Positions 1 through 12,690 are shown, numbered from the whole stretch's first letter. The stretch: 61,997 bases of DNA, filler included, from Choristocarpus tenellus KU-1152 (GCA_964200185.2; 6 parts of 6 records of this genome joined end to end with filler, not necessarily neighbours in it), one strand, 5' to 3'. The notes: generated by a model not told the origin, from the sequence alone. A program made the numbers and translations.

Positions 1-472
1 GTCATCAGAAGTGGGGTGGCTGGAAATCAGGGGCAAAAGAAAAGGGTTTTGCCCTGGTTGGTCACAAGGGGGGTTAGAATAGGGAGAGGAGAGGATTAGG
101 GAGGAATGCAAAAATAGAAAATAAAAAGAATAATAATAATCCAGAATTCGTGAGCAAAACAAATTTCGAAATTGTTGTGTTCGTTTCTTATGTTGAAAGG
201 TCAATGTACAATACGTAGTAGTATCCATTCGTTTTCGTATGGTATTTTTGTTGGACCTAGAGCCAGTCCTTGCACCAACCTTGTCCCATCATCACAAACT
301 CTATGCTAATAGACCTGTGGAGTACGAAGATAAGCAAATCTCGACTCTGGTGCAAAGGAAAACAGGGAGGGTACTAGAATCGATCAGGTTGTCTGCCTAA
401 AGTGCATCTTTGTGGACGTTTAAGTTGGCCTGGTGCTTGGAGTTCAGCTTGAGTGGTGGTGGCTGGGGAACG

Positions 473-3400
473 ATGCCTCTCAACCCCGCTGATATCAAGA
501 ACAAACACAAGCGGAGTGAGGTTTACCGGCGGCAAAAAGGCGACAAGAAAAGCGAGCAGAAAGAGCGGAGGAAGAGGCGGGCAAAAGAAGCGCAGGAGCT
601 TGGGGAGGTGTGTTTATCCAACCTCCCAGAGACCTAGGTTCCATTCCAGCCTTGTCGTTCGCCAACAGGCCCAACTCCACCATACACTTAGCACGAATAT
701 GTACGTGAAAGCTTACTCAATTAGGACCGATGTCCCTGATTATATCATGCTGCTTTCCGTAAGTATTGGATAGTTTCTTTGCCCCCCTGGGCTATGGACT
801 AACCATCGATCCTTTTTTGAGTTGAAGTATGATCTTGCGATCCCTTCTCCATATATGCAACGATTCGAATATGCACCAACAACGTACAGGAGGCTCCACC
901 CAAGCAGAAGCCACGGACGCTCGAGAGCACGCGGGAGCCAGATCAGACGCTAGTGGTCCCAGCAGATGAGGAAGTGTTCAGAGATGAGGCAGGGGATGAA
1001 TTCGCGAGGTTCTTCAGCAATGAGGAAGTGAGATCTATGCAGCTATGGTTGAACATTGGTATACTAATCATTACCCGAAAGGACCACAGGATTGCACTCA
1101 TAACGTGTAAGTTGACCTTGTCGTACTCCGTTCCAACGATCTATCCAATGTTTAGGGGTGTTGATCGACAGGGATGGGCAATCTTCATCCTTGGATGTAA
1201 GCCTGCACCTTTTTTCCACTTTCCACGTGATGAACGAAGCCGGCAAGCCGATATAACGCTGTCCACCCTAAAGGTTCTTCAATTGCAGCCAAGAAAATCT
1301 GTACATGGTCGAAACTGCACCAACTTTACTACTGCAACATTTATACTTTATCAACAAGTGTTCACAAGTACTTCCACGCCTATGGGAACCATTATAAAAC
1401 TCTTACCGAGGCAATGCAGACACCAAAGGTTATGATCACCACCCGACCAAGACCATCATCAGAGCTATTCCATTTTATCCAAGACCTCCTGCAAATGATC
1501 CCCAACGCCTTCTTCTACCCACGAAGTGAGTTTTTGTACTACCACCCCCTCAACAAGCAATGCCTGAGTTCCCATACGGGTCAAGATTTCACTTATTTCA
1601 TTTCCAGTTGATTGGGGAAGGAGGAAGGAGAGGAAATATTGGGAAAGGGAATCCTATACTTTCCCCCACACACATAGAGTGACTCCGATGCCACCTCTAT
1701 AAATATGTTGTAGAATGAGAGGTCTGGTGGACCTTAAATGAATGTCAAATGGGTGTTGTCTTGTTCAATTAGGTTGTCATGACAGGAGGGTTGAGTTAGG
1801 CTTCAATGCCAATGCTGGTAATTTCAGTTGAACACCTCCTGCTATAAATTAGTTTCCTCCTCACCCTTCCATCCTTCATCACTTTTCTACATGTGTATAT
1901 TAAGGGTATTTTGTTACTTACTCCCTGTTAATTATTTGGAAATGTCATATTTTTGCAACAACTGCAGTGCATTATCCTCATCTCCTCAATGACCTGTTAC
2001 GATGTCTACTGGTAAGGGTCCACTCTGGTGGAGCTTCTCACGCTACACTGTCTTCTCTTCCCCCTTCTCCCCTTGCCTTGCTTAACCATTCTCCTCTTAT
2101 CTGCCCCTTGTGTGTTCACATTGCCAGAGTCTTTTACAGTGACTCAGATCTTCCAGTGGGCAACTAACAAGAAATTCACTCATCTGTTTGTTCTCTCGGA
2201 GAAGCTCAAGCAGTGCAATGGGTGAGAGACATGTTTTATGGGTTTGAAATGCTTTCTTCTGCCCTGTTGCTTGCTGGGACCTCAAAATCTGTTCATACAT
2301 GGAGATTTTCCCAGTCTCAAAGGCTTTTTGTATGTCGTTTGGTTGTGCTGTAGTGGGAGGAACAACACTGTTTCCTACACATTATGTCGTTGCCTGCAGT
2401 AGGCTGTTTACGCCTAAGACAGTATATCACTCGATAGTATGTCACGAATGAGGGGACCGGAGGTGAAAACATAGTATCACTTTTTTTGCCCGTAATGCTC
2501 TACTCCAAAACATACCTGACTCTACATAATGCCGCTAGCATTCTAGTCCAAAGATATGTAACTCTGTTTAATTACTGTAGCAACCAGGTCCAAAATATAC
2601 TTAACAATGCGTTGCCTTTTCAATGTAGCACATATGATGTCATAGCACAAGTGTAATATTGTCCATTGTGCTGTTTTGAGACAACATAGAGTTAAGTCCT
2701 TTTAAAGGCTATGCTAAACACTTTTCAAAAGTGGTACCACTATGTCAGGCTGTTTTAAGACACTACAATCCCACATTGCCCAAAGTATTTTGACAGCATA
2801 GCACAATGATGTGCTGTCACAGAATTTTACGAGATAATTGAACCCCTCTGAATTCTTGTCCAAAGTGTTAAGTTATTGTGATATTGGATTGTGATACGCT
2901 AGAGTATTACACATACGCATTGTTATAACTAAGGAGACTTTAGCAAATACTGCAACCTCTGGTTGAGTTGCACAACCAGCACGCCTTCCTTGATCACAGC
3001 AGCGTTTACAATGCATCTCCGGTCGTTCTATGTGACCAAATGGATTTCAGGTTTTCCCAACCAACAAAAAGAAAATGTGGCAGACAGAGACCATGTACCC
3101 TCCATGATGCCATGTTGTAAATAGTAGTTATAGTGGGAAAGGGTCACCTCACGCAAAAGAGGACGTCTTGTTATTGTTGTGACATTTATTTTTTTCTACC
3201 ACTTCATTTGCAGGCGGTCCAATCAAATTGTGATTTATTTTGAAACTGAAAAATTGAGGGCCATTTTTTCGTGGTTGCCTTATGTGGAATTCGCGGATTA
3301 ATGCTGCGTGGTTTCCTTACGGAGCTCAGTGGCCCATGTACTTGGATTTGTGCGCTGTGTGCAATATTGCAAGGTTAATCAAATCTTGTTGAGAATCTAC

Positions 3401-6400
3401 TAGCCCATCTTGCCGACACTCATGCTTTCGAATCGCAACACTTAACATTTTGTGTTGTGACACAAAGCATGTTATGTTAGGAGCGAACACTACACAATGC
3501 CCGTAACGCTCGAGTCGAAAAATAGTTAAATGGCGTATGTTACGTCCGTAAAATAGTTAAATAACAGGGTTTTGTGAAAGGGTTTTCGTCGTTCTAGGCG
3601 TTAAGTTGTCATCTGTCATGTGGTAGTCTTTCGATGTGGATTGCAGTTCCCTCAGGTATATGCTTGATCGAGGTATTACCTTTGGAGTTAATTTAATCAA
3701 CACAGTCTAGTCTTGCAAAAAATATTATGCCTTTGATTTGTTCCAAGATATTATACCCTTGTTCTTTCTCAACAAAACTTGGTTGTACGTCATCCTCACT
3801 GCCTCGCATCCTGTCTCCAATGATTGAATCAAAGATTCATGTGTATCACTCCCATACAACCGACCCTGGCTCATTCGGTGTTAACCGCCGATTCCGCAAG
3901 AACTCATCCAACGCAATATCGTGGTTTTGGGGTGGGGCGTTGGGTACTCTCTCTTCATGCTATGTGTGTCTGTGTGTCTGTGTCTGTGTGTGCTTATTCT
4001 TGCAATTAGGTTGATAGTGTCCGTCTTGCCTGAGGGCCCGACGGCCTACTTCAAGGTGTCAAATGTCGTCCCCAGCAGCTCCGTATTCAACCATGGCAAG
4101 TCTACAGCACACCAGCCTGAGATCATCCTCAACAACTTCAACACGAGGTTGGGGCATCGTGTGGGTCGCTTCCTTGGTTCCTTTTTCCCCCATGTAAGCA
4201 CCTGTTTTAATCCCTGAGGGATACTACTGAGTGAGTTCACATCTCAACTGTTTTTTTGTTTGTTTGTTTCAACTGTACACCTGCCTGGCAGCGCCCCACT
4301 ATTGGAGTTTCTGCTCTTGCCTGGGAACACCCCTGTTTCCTTGTTGACTGGCCTGTTTTTGTGTGTTTGCCTTCTAGAGTTGCTTTCCCCCTTCTGCCAG
4401 GTATTCTGCCGATACCTGGGGCCTTTTTTTCACTTTAGGGTAGGTTTATTCTTTTTGTTTGACTGAGGTGTGAACCACAGCTGTAGATGCCTCACTTTCC
4501 TTCAAATTTTCCTGAACATGCCGTCACTGAGGTTATGACTGTTGTCTCCTAACGAGGGGTGGATGGACCTTGACTTTACCACTCTATCGTGAGAGGCTTT
4601 GTAGACCATGTCCAGCGAGTGGACTGACCATTGAACAAGAAACTTCAACATATGCAATTGTGCTACTCATGCAACAGGTGCATACATTATTCTGTGTCAT
4701 TGTAGTGCTGTGATCCATGGGGGTTGTTTTGACCATCTCTTTCTCTCCCCTCCCCTGATACCTCACCACCATGGCCATACTTGTTCTAGAAACCTGAGTT
4801 TAATGGGAGACAGGTGATGACCTTTCATAACCAGCGGGACTACATTTTTGTCCGATACCACCGATATGTATTTGCAGAGGGGAAGGGGGAGAATAAGGAG
4901 AGAAAGACGAGAGCCAGACTTCAGGTAGGGACACTTTTTGAGAGTGGGAGGAGGGGGGGAGGGGGGCATTTGTGAGTCGTGTGTGATGTTGTGTTTTGCT
5001 TGGGGGGTTGGTTCCATGTGAGAGACTTTTTTTTTTGTGAAGCAAGCAAAGCTTATTATTGTTTTCGGTGTGACTCGTTCCAACCGCTTCATTGATTATT
5101 TTTTTGGCACAGGTAAGCTAGATAGGTCAAACATAGAAATTACACTGTACCATGAGGGCAGTCGATTGCCACCACCCCACTAGTTGTGTGGAAAGTTCAT
5201 CTCAACCTGGATCCCCCCCTGTTACCCCATCTTTTTCCTCCTGTTGTTGGGAGTTGAAAAAGTGGCCTGACATGCTGAGATTCCAACCTGTGACATCTGA
5301 TTGTGTCAAATATCAAGATGCCTTGTAGACAGTCAGGCACGCTACCCCACAACTGACTGGACCAGAACTGTAGTGATCACAGTATATAAATTTTAAGACT
5401 TGCATGCTTTTGAACAAGTGTCATTTGTACCTGGGCGTATGTATGTATGATGGAGAGGGAGACCAGTTTTTTTGGTTGAGGCTGACTGGGTGATTGGTTG
5501 GTCTCATGATGTTGATACTGCATACATAATTGTGCATGCACAGACAACTTGCCCAAAATAACCACAGAGTGCTCTGGGCTAACGATGTTAGGGTGTCTGG
5601 TGACAACATCACTATACCCACATCTTCACTTCTAGCAACAGCTAAACCTATCTTAGACCTTGAGCAGCTCCATGTGTCCTTAGATGGAAAGGGGTGTGTG
5701 GTCTGGGGATCTGGTGAAAGGCTTCACGCGGGTATTTCTAGCGTGCTGATGAGAAGAAGGGGTCTATAGTTGACTGTCTTGTCAGTTAAATGTATTGATA
5801 GTATGTCATTATGGTGGTGATGTCTTGGTTGTTGGACTGGAGGGCCTGGCCGGTGTGGGCTGTAAATTTGACATGGAGAAACTGTTGCACTTGGGGTGAT
5901 AGATATCAGGATGTTTTTGCTATGGGCTCCTGTTTTGTTGAAAGTTCTCTTACATCTAGGTACTGTTGTGCTCTGGATGATTCAAGGAGGAGGGTTCTCG
6001 TCCCATGGCTTGCCATCATTTGTTCCACAAGCTGAGGGACATTCCGATTTCCAATTCAATGTTCACTTCGCAATGCTTTGATTTTGGATATGGAAATTTA
6101 TCTTTTGCATTATTGGTGAACAGCAGGTGGGTTGAAGGAGAGGGGAGCATAGTGGAAGTACTCCATGAGCATTCACGCAGCCAAAACTTGTTATTGGTAG
6201 AAAGGGTGATGCTGGTAAATTTTATACTTCTTAAGTATATAATAATAGTTTACCTACGTCGAGTGCTTATGTATGACACACGACCACTGGTTTACTTGGG
6301 CATACTCTTGCATATGCTTGTTTAGGTTTGGTTTGTTCCCAAGTTGTTACACTATATTTTCCCTTGCTTATTGATACGGTGAAGGAATTTGACTCCTAGA

Positions 6401-6793
6401 GCACCCTGTGTAGTCACCGATGTATTGGTGCTAATGTACGGGTTTTACAGCAACTTAGTTCTTTCGTTATTGTGCTCTGCCGTGTTTTATCTTATGTATG
6501 GGTGTTCTCTGTGTTTGGATGTCAGTGGAAGAACATCAGGGACTGCATCCTGGGCTGTGACATGAGTTCTCCTGATGTAGTCATGCCCACGAATACTTCG
6601 TATCAGTTCCAACTTTCCTCATTAGATTACATGTTCTGTCCTTTGTCCTAACTTTACCCAGGAGCTCGGGCCAAGGTTTACACTTAAGATGAGGTGGTTG
6701 CAGGAGGGTACTTTTGACACTCAGTTCGGAGAATATGAGTGGATACACAAGCGGAAGGAAATGGACGAGACCCGAAGAACGTTCCATCTCTGA
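473..6793 (+). CDS. RPF1: Ribosome production factor 1 (Brix/Imp4 family), complete, 7 exons, 307 aa
   Basis: Exons 473-607, 890-1027, 1420-1525, 2128-2221, 4010-4193, 4790-4924, 6662-6793, all GT-AG and phase-consistent. Protein contains [76 protein letters not shown] and the Brix sigma70-like motif [11 protein letters not shown], and ends [20 protein letters not shown]. Confidence 0.96.
2411..3600. mobile_element. Possible non-autonomous piggyBac-like element in RPF1 intron 4
   Basis: Left end TTTA|CGCCTAAGAC, right end GTTCTAGGCG|TTAA (short imperfect TIR, TTAA-like TSD). The motif TGCCCGTAAYGCTC recurs near both ends (~2487 and ~3498). No ORF. Confidence 0.35.
5264..5365 (-). mobile_element. 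tRNA-derived SINE-like head (copy 1)
   Basis: Minus strand reads ...GGGGTAGCGTGCCTGACTG...ATCAGATGTCACAGGTTGGAATCTCAG...CAGGCC, i.e. tRNA-like anticodon stem halves and a degenerate B box. It aligns by eye with 21162-21263. Confidence 0.4.
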
Positions 6794-7809
6794 AGAAGTG
6801 GAGCAAATACAAAGCTTCTGTGTCATCCGAGTTTGTCAGTGTTGCTCAGTGTGGGGGCGATTACTGGACTCTTTGACCTTGTTGGAATAGTTTTGATTGT
6901 GGGATCAATTCTATCGCTTCTCCCATGTGAACGTATATGAGACTGGACCTGTGCCTCCCCTTCTAGCACTGGCCCACATTTTCATCTTAATTCCAATTCC
7001 ACCTCTCAATGTGCTCAAGGAGGCTGATGTGGTCTAGCGCCTAGGAGTCTACTTTCATGAAACACCACTCGAAACAAGAAGAGTATAGATACGTACAATA
7101 ACCAAAACTGTCGTATCAAGTGCAATTTTTGACGTACGTGGTTTTTAAATCTTTTACAAATTGAATTCAGCGTGTAACATGATGTAATTACAATCCATCA
7201 AGTACAGGTATATTTTGCAGGGTTGAATTAAGCGATTGTATCTATATGGTCTTAACAACCTCTACATCCCTGCCCAATTCATGTATTGTGAATCATGACT
7301 TTCTAATCAGCTTCAGTTCGTCTAATCGGAGTAACCTAAAAATTGAAGCGAAAAACTTCTGTTATTCAGGATTTTTAATCAAAACACAACCAGAGCTGTA
7401 ACTGATGAACGTGTCAGAAGTCACAAAAACACAGATTTGTGGTGAGGTGTCACTGCCCACAACTCACTACACGTTTCACTGTTCATGGCTTCAGATCTGC
7501 CTGTTGAGGCTTTGGAAGTTTTATTTCCGACCAATCGATGGTTGTCATAAATCTGACTTACGCACGTTGGGGCACATCCTCACAAATCAAAGATTTAGGA
7601 GTTACTCTTTCGTTTGTGAATTCGAATCATTTGTACCCATTTTTATTTCCGATAGAGGTGGGACAAATTTTCCTATAACATGATGAAATATTGACAAATC
7701 AACACACTGAGAAGTCAATTCAATATCAGAACAACCCTCTTGTGAAAGTAATAGTTGTGAATGTGAAAGATATTTTCTACTTACTATTTGACTACCAGCT
7801 ATGCTACAC

Positions 7810-8745
7810 TACTCCCCTCCTGTGCCTTCAAACCAGCTTAGTCCTACACCACAGGGCGAGGAGCTAGGGAAGCATCCCAAGAATCTGACAGGCCCCTCCT
7901 TGCCCATCTCCCTGGTGTCTCAAGCTTAAAGCGCATGACACATCTTGATAGAGCCACTTATATTGTGACGAACACTATCTGTCGTAAACGGGATTTGACA
8001 GCTCCTTTCCTACTGTAGCCTTCTGTCCTTTTCCCCCCTACCGTGTGTGTAGCCAACTCATCCAGAAAATTTTATGCTTGCTTTATTGAGGCGCATATTT
8101 GTACTAGAGAACTATTTGTACATATTTCGCACATAAGAGTGGTAGGTACAGATGTTTTCCACGTTTTCGTAGATGGGGGGGTGGAAGGACAAATGTTTCA
8201 GGTAAGAGGTGACATACCGACATATATTTGTACATGTTTTTAACACAAGAGTGATAGTAGTATTTTTTTTAATAGAAAGGAAGGTGACATTTTTTAATGC
8301 TCTCATTCAAAACAAGGGAAGTCCAGTATGTAAGTCGAGTAGTAGTATTCTAATACTGGTTGTTATTGTAATGCGTTTTCCTATTGAATTACAAAATGGT
8401 TCATCACAATTGTTCTTAATTACTAAATCACAATGAAGATGAGGTAGGGACAGATCACAGATATGCAATTGTGTTCTCTCAAACACATAGGGACGAATCA
8501 TTTATATATGTTGACGAAGCGGTGAGTGGTATCTACGGAAGATGTCTACACGGTAACTAACAATGTTCTATCGATAAATGGGGATTTGTACATAATAGCA
8601 ATATTGTGACTAAGCAAGTGGCATTGTCTTGATAAGTCACTAGGGAGATCGGCACGGAGGGGTCTGTTGGATTCTTGGGATGCCTCCCTAGCTCCCCCCC
8701 CCGGCGCACAAGAGTGGGTAGATGGAAAGCACAGGAAGCCAGTAC
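7810..8745. repeat. Pair of diverged ~110-170 bp inverted repeat arms (~7810-7985 and ~8575-8745)
   Basis: GAGCTAGGGAAGCATCCCAAGAATCTGACAGGCCCCTCCTTGCCCATCTCCCTGGTG matches the reverse complement of CACTAGGGAGATCGGCACGGAGGGGTCTGTTGGATTCTTGGGATGCCTCCCTAGCTC, and similarity extends to TCCTGTGC on the outer side. Confidence 0.8.
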
Positions 8746-9034
8746 AATATTTGATAATGGTGAAGTAACTGACAGATTAGTGGTTTCCACACTTACAGTG
8801 TTTTACAGTGTTCTCACGTTTAGGATATTTTATTTCCTTAGGGCTAATAACGACATATGTATAGTTTTCATTAGTTTTCCCCCTGACGCATCTAACAGCC
8901 GATCGTCAAAATTGAGGAGGAGCTTTTTATTGAGGATGGGCAAGACCTGGAATGGTGCGCGGAAAGTGCTTATATATTTTTGGTCAAAAATATTTCGGTG
9001 CTTGTGGAGGGCACCGCTACGATTTGGAAGCGAC

Positions 9035-9134
9035 NNNNNNNNNNNNNNNNNNNNNNNNNNNNNNNNNNNNNNNNNNNNTTAATTAATTAANNNNNNNNNN
9101 NNNNNNNNNNNNNNNNNNNNNNNNNNNNNNNNNN
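9035..9134. other. Artificial contig spacer N44-TTAATTAATTAA-N44
   Basis: Identical 100-nt block occurs five times; the 12-mer gives stops in all six frames. Confidence 0.97.
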
Positions 9135-9437
9135 CCCCCCCCCTCCCCCCCCCTTCCCCCAAAATGCTACAGCAAGATAAATTCAATACACATTCTCTGG
9201 GACACCTTCTAAAATGACATATATCAAGAACATGCTGCACTGTGAAGACTTGACATGACAGCATCTGGAAATAACGATTTATCGTCCCAATACATAAATA
9301 TATATGTCATGTACATATATACACATACATATCCCACAAATTTGGTGGTCCATTTAGGTGCTGGTGCTCTAGTCAGAAAAACTTTGGGTTAGGGTTAGAA
9401 AAACTTATATGAACTTTTATTAACCTTCAACTGCACA

Positions 9438-9695
9438 TTATGTAATTATTAGATAAGCAATTATTAGATTAGTAATTATTAGATAAGTAATTATTAACTT
9501 TATTAACCTTCTCATTAGATACGTTGAGGAAAGGAAGGAAGAAAATGCTGTTATTTTTACTATTATTACAGTTATTATTATTACCATTATTGTTATTATT
9601 ACTATTATTTTTATTATCACTATCACTATTATTACAGTAATTATCATTATCACTATTATTACAGTTATTATCATTATTGTTATTATTATCATTAC
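9438..9695. repeat. Degenerate (ATT/ACT/ATC)n low-complexity tract
   Basis: TTATTA/ACTATT/ATCATT runs that give the spurious poly-I and poly-N ORFs. Confidence 0.85.
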
Positions 9696-9969
9696 TGGCT
9701 TTGGAGAAGCAAAGTAGCACAAAAAAACATTTAAAAAAATAATAATAATTTTTAACACGAGCAAAGAGACAAGCTGGAAAAAAATATTAATAATATTAAA
9801 AATAATAAGTTTGATTACTGGTAAACACCACATAGAGATAGCTGGTATAAACTCTGATTGTTTACCAAATACTACTTAACCCTAACCCTAACTTTAATAA
9901 TCAATTAATAGCCCTGCCAACCCTAATCCTAGATATCAATATGTGCCAATAATCAGAACAATGCATACG

Positions 9970-10257
9970 TATGTTTTTAGCACTACATACATACCAAGTT
10001 GAAAGTAAGTTTTTAGCACTACATACATACCAAGTTGAGAGTATGTTTTTAGCACTACATACATACCAAGTTGAAAGTAAGTTTTTAGCACTACATACAT
10101 ACCAAGTTGAGAGTATGTTTTTAGCACTACATACATACCAAGTTGAAAGTAAGTTTTTAGCACCACATACATACCAAGTTGAGAGTATGTTCTTAGCACT
10201 ACATACATACCAAGTTGAGAGTATGTTTTTAGCACTACATACATACCAAGTTGAAAG
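9970..10257. repeat. 36-bp minisatellite, 8 copies, with alternating A/B variants
   Basis: Unit TAWGTTTTTAGCACTACATACATACCAAGTTGARAG, copies starting at 9970, 10006, 10042, 10078, 10114, 10150, 10186, 10222. No spacers. Confidence 0.95.
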
Positions 10258-10432
10258 CCGTCAAACAGCCCTCAGTACCCTTCCAAATGCTACTTCAATT
10301 TTTTTTTTTTTAATTTAAAACGCCCTGAAAAAAAAATTGGCTTTACAAAAATAATCACAAGAGCTACAGTCTCATTTCAACCCCAATCATAACCCTAAAC
10401 AAAATCAAAAACACAAAGAAACAACATATCTC

Positions 10433-10532
10433 TAACCCTAACCCTAACCCTAAAAAGACGCTTTGAAGCTCAGCACATTGATACACATCGTCCACCACAA
10501 CTCTATCAACCCTAACCCTAACCCTAACCCTA
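10433..10532. repeat. Interstitial telomere-like (CCCTAA)n tracts
   Basis: Short TAACCC arrays at ~10433-10452 and ~10509-10532. Confidence 0.85.
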
Positions 10533-10775
10533 CACACTACCATCAAAAATATCGTTTCAATGCTACCCCAATGCCTGTCAGTATATTTACCAACACCATA
10601 AACACAGAAATAAATAAAAAATCGAAAACGTACACAAATTGATTGGCACAATAAAGATACACCCCCAAATTGTACACACAATACACTTCAGAGAACACAC
10701 ATACATATTTCCCCTCAAACTTGATTGGCACAATAAAGATACACCCCCAAAGTGTACACACAACACACACTTCAC

Positions 10776-11212
10776 CTGATATTGAGGGTTACTCCCTTCA
10801 GCACCAGGTCGGTGTCCGGCCTGTATCTCATGGTAACCCCACCCTTGAACTCAATCCGCCCTTCCCAAGGCCATCCCGTGTGTAGCAGCATGTTATCATC
10901 TGCACCATGGCAAGACAGATTAGTAGCAGTAGTAGCAGTAGAACAAGATGCGTCCCCTTCCATCTCAGCGCACTGTTCCCTCACTTCCTCCACCGTCATC
11001 GACAACGCCTCTGAAGGTGCTGAAGCTGAAGTCTCCTCCCCCAACCCTCCTTTTTCTTCCACAGCAGCAGTAGTAGCAGTAGCAGCAGTAGTAGCAGGTG
11101 TTCCAGAACTTGCGAGGCGATCTTGTTTGACGACTTCGGGGCCGGGGAGGGCCATGCCGGTGAGATTGGCCAGCTGTGAGAAGTACGGGTGCCTAGGCCT
11201 TGAAAAATAAAA

Positions 11213-11251
<39 letters not shown>

Positions 11252-12223
11252 AAACACACAAAAGGATATATAAATATGAATATAAATATACAAATATATT
11301 AATATAAATAATATATAAATATATATATATACTTGTATAATATATACATACAAAAAAAATATTTAAAAAAAGATGCAAAGATATAACATAAATGCATAAT
11401 TTCTTTTTTTTAATTAATATGTACACATAAATTTTTACCATTTAAAAAAAAAATTGAGACAAAAAAATACAAAAAAGAAAACCTTCCCCGAAGAGGGACG
11501 GGAAGAGACATCAACCACAGGAAGGAGTGTACAGTGATTTTTTTTTCTTTAAGTAGTAACTGTACCTTCATCAAACTGGTAAAAAATTAAAAGTAACATC
11601 ATCATGGTAACAACATCATTGTATCAGCCAGAGGGGCTGCTTCTTGAGGGATGCTGAGTGCTGGACAGAACACTTGTGTATGCATATAGTGTGTGTTGTG
11701 TGTTGTGTGTTGTGTTGTTTTGCATCCAATTTATGCTTACAACAAGTTCTGTTTGGTGGTATCAATGTAATGTGATGTGATCTGATGTGATGCGATGTGA
11801 TGCGATGCGATGTGATGTGATGTGATGTGATGTGCCACTGCGGCAGATGATATTGGCCGGATGAAGGTATATACCTCACCTTGTCGTGGGTTCTAGTAAG
11901 CAGAGAGGGATGAAAAAAAGTAATCGAAAAAAGTGATTAAAAGAAGTGATTAAAAAAGCGATAACATCAAAGCAAATCCTCCTCTCTATCCTAACCCTAA
12001 CCTTACCTTGATCAACCATAACCACAATCCTGCCTCTATCCCTAACCCCGACCCTAACCCTAACCCTAACCCTAACCCGAATCTTAACTCACTCTCTCTC
12101 TCTAAATACACATACAAACATAGGTGTATGTATATATAGTCAAAGTAATTGAGAGGGGGGGTACTGCTGAGACATTAAGGTCCCCTCCGACCTCCTGCCG
12201 GAACGCACGTGTTGTTCGATCAA

Positions 12224-12255
<32 letters not shown>

Positions 12256-12690
12256 TAATAAATACATTAATAATAATATAGTCAAATTCACACCTAAGGG
12301 AGTGTATTTTTGATTCCTGCCATGTAAAGGTACATCAATCTTTTTTTTTTCTTTTGACCGAAATAACCCTAACCGTAACCCTAGTCCTAACCAACTTGTC
12401 TTTTTTTTCAAAAAACGGTATTTCACTACCTTCAGCAAATAAAAAAAAACATTTTAAATATTCAATTCAAAAGACGCAGACACACGCAGACACACACAGA
12501 CACACCCCTCTCTTGTTTCTCTCCAAGTGGTTAGGTGTTCAGTGTGCACTTGTATGGATCTTACCTGGTAATGTGATGTGGAGGCTCTTGAGGAGTCTTC
12601 TGTGAAGTGAATAGTACCCTCTCCACAGAGTTCATCATTGTCTCAGTCTCCGTATAGCACCGGACAGCCCAGTTGAGCAGGCCAGTCATA
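10776..12690 (-). CDS. ABCC/MRP-type ABC transporter, internal fragment (end of TMD2, linker, start of NBD2)
   Basis: Exons 12690-12565 (MTGLLNWAVRCYTETETMMNSVERV...PQEPPHHIT) and 11198-10776 (...GWPWEGRIEFKGGVTMRYRPDTDLVLKGVTLNIR). SVER and WP.EG.IEF...MRYRP...LVLKGV are ABCC hallmarks. GT-AG boundaries join in phase 2. The remaining exons are not on this contig. Confidence 0.88.
11770..11833. repeat. (GATGT)n microsatellite
   Basis: Tandem GATGT/GATGC pentamers. Confidence 0.9.
11990..12078. repeat. Interstitial telomere-like (CCCTAA)n tract
   Basis: CCTAACCCTAACC and ACCCTAACCCTAACCCTAACCCTAACCC. Confidence 0.85.

Noticed and set aside
1225-1275. Box C/D snoRNA candidates in RPF1 and SRPRA introns (also ~5975-6035 and ~32785-32890)
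   Set aside because: Box C-like motifs are present, but there is no well-placed box D with a terminal stem and no rRNA complement I could identify.
8675-9034. ORF running into the first spacer
   Set aside because: No recognisable motif, and it overlaps a repeat arm.
9079-9090. TTAATTAATTAA palindrome as a biological motif
   Set aside because: Always embedded in identical N padding; it is a six-frame-stop linker.
9438-9833. Ile-rich and Asn-rich ORFs
   Set aside because: Translations of a trinucleotide low-complexity tract.
9970-10257. 36-bp repeats as a CRISPR array, and the periodic ORFs over them
   Set aside because: Units are contiguous with no unique spacers, there are no cas genes, and the context is eukaryotic. 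The ORFs arise because 36 is a multiple of 3.
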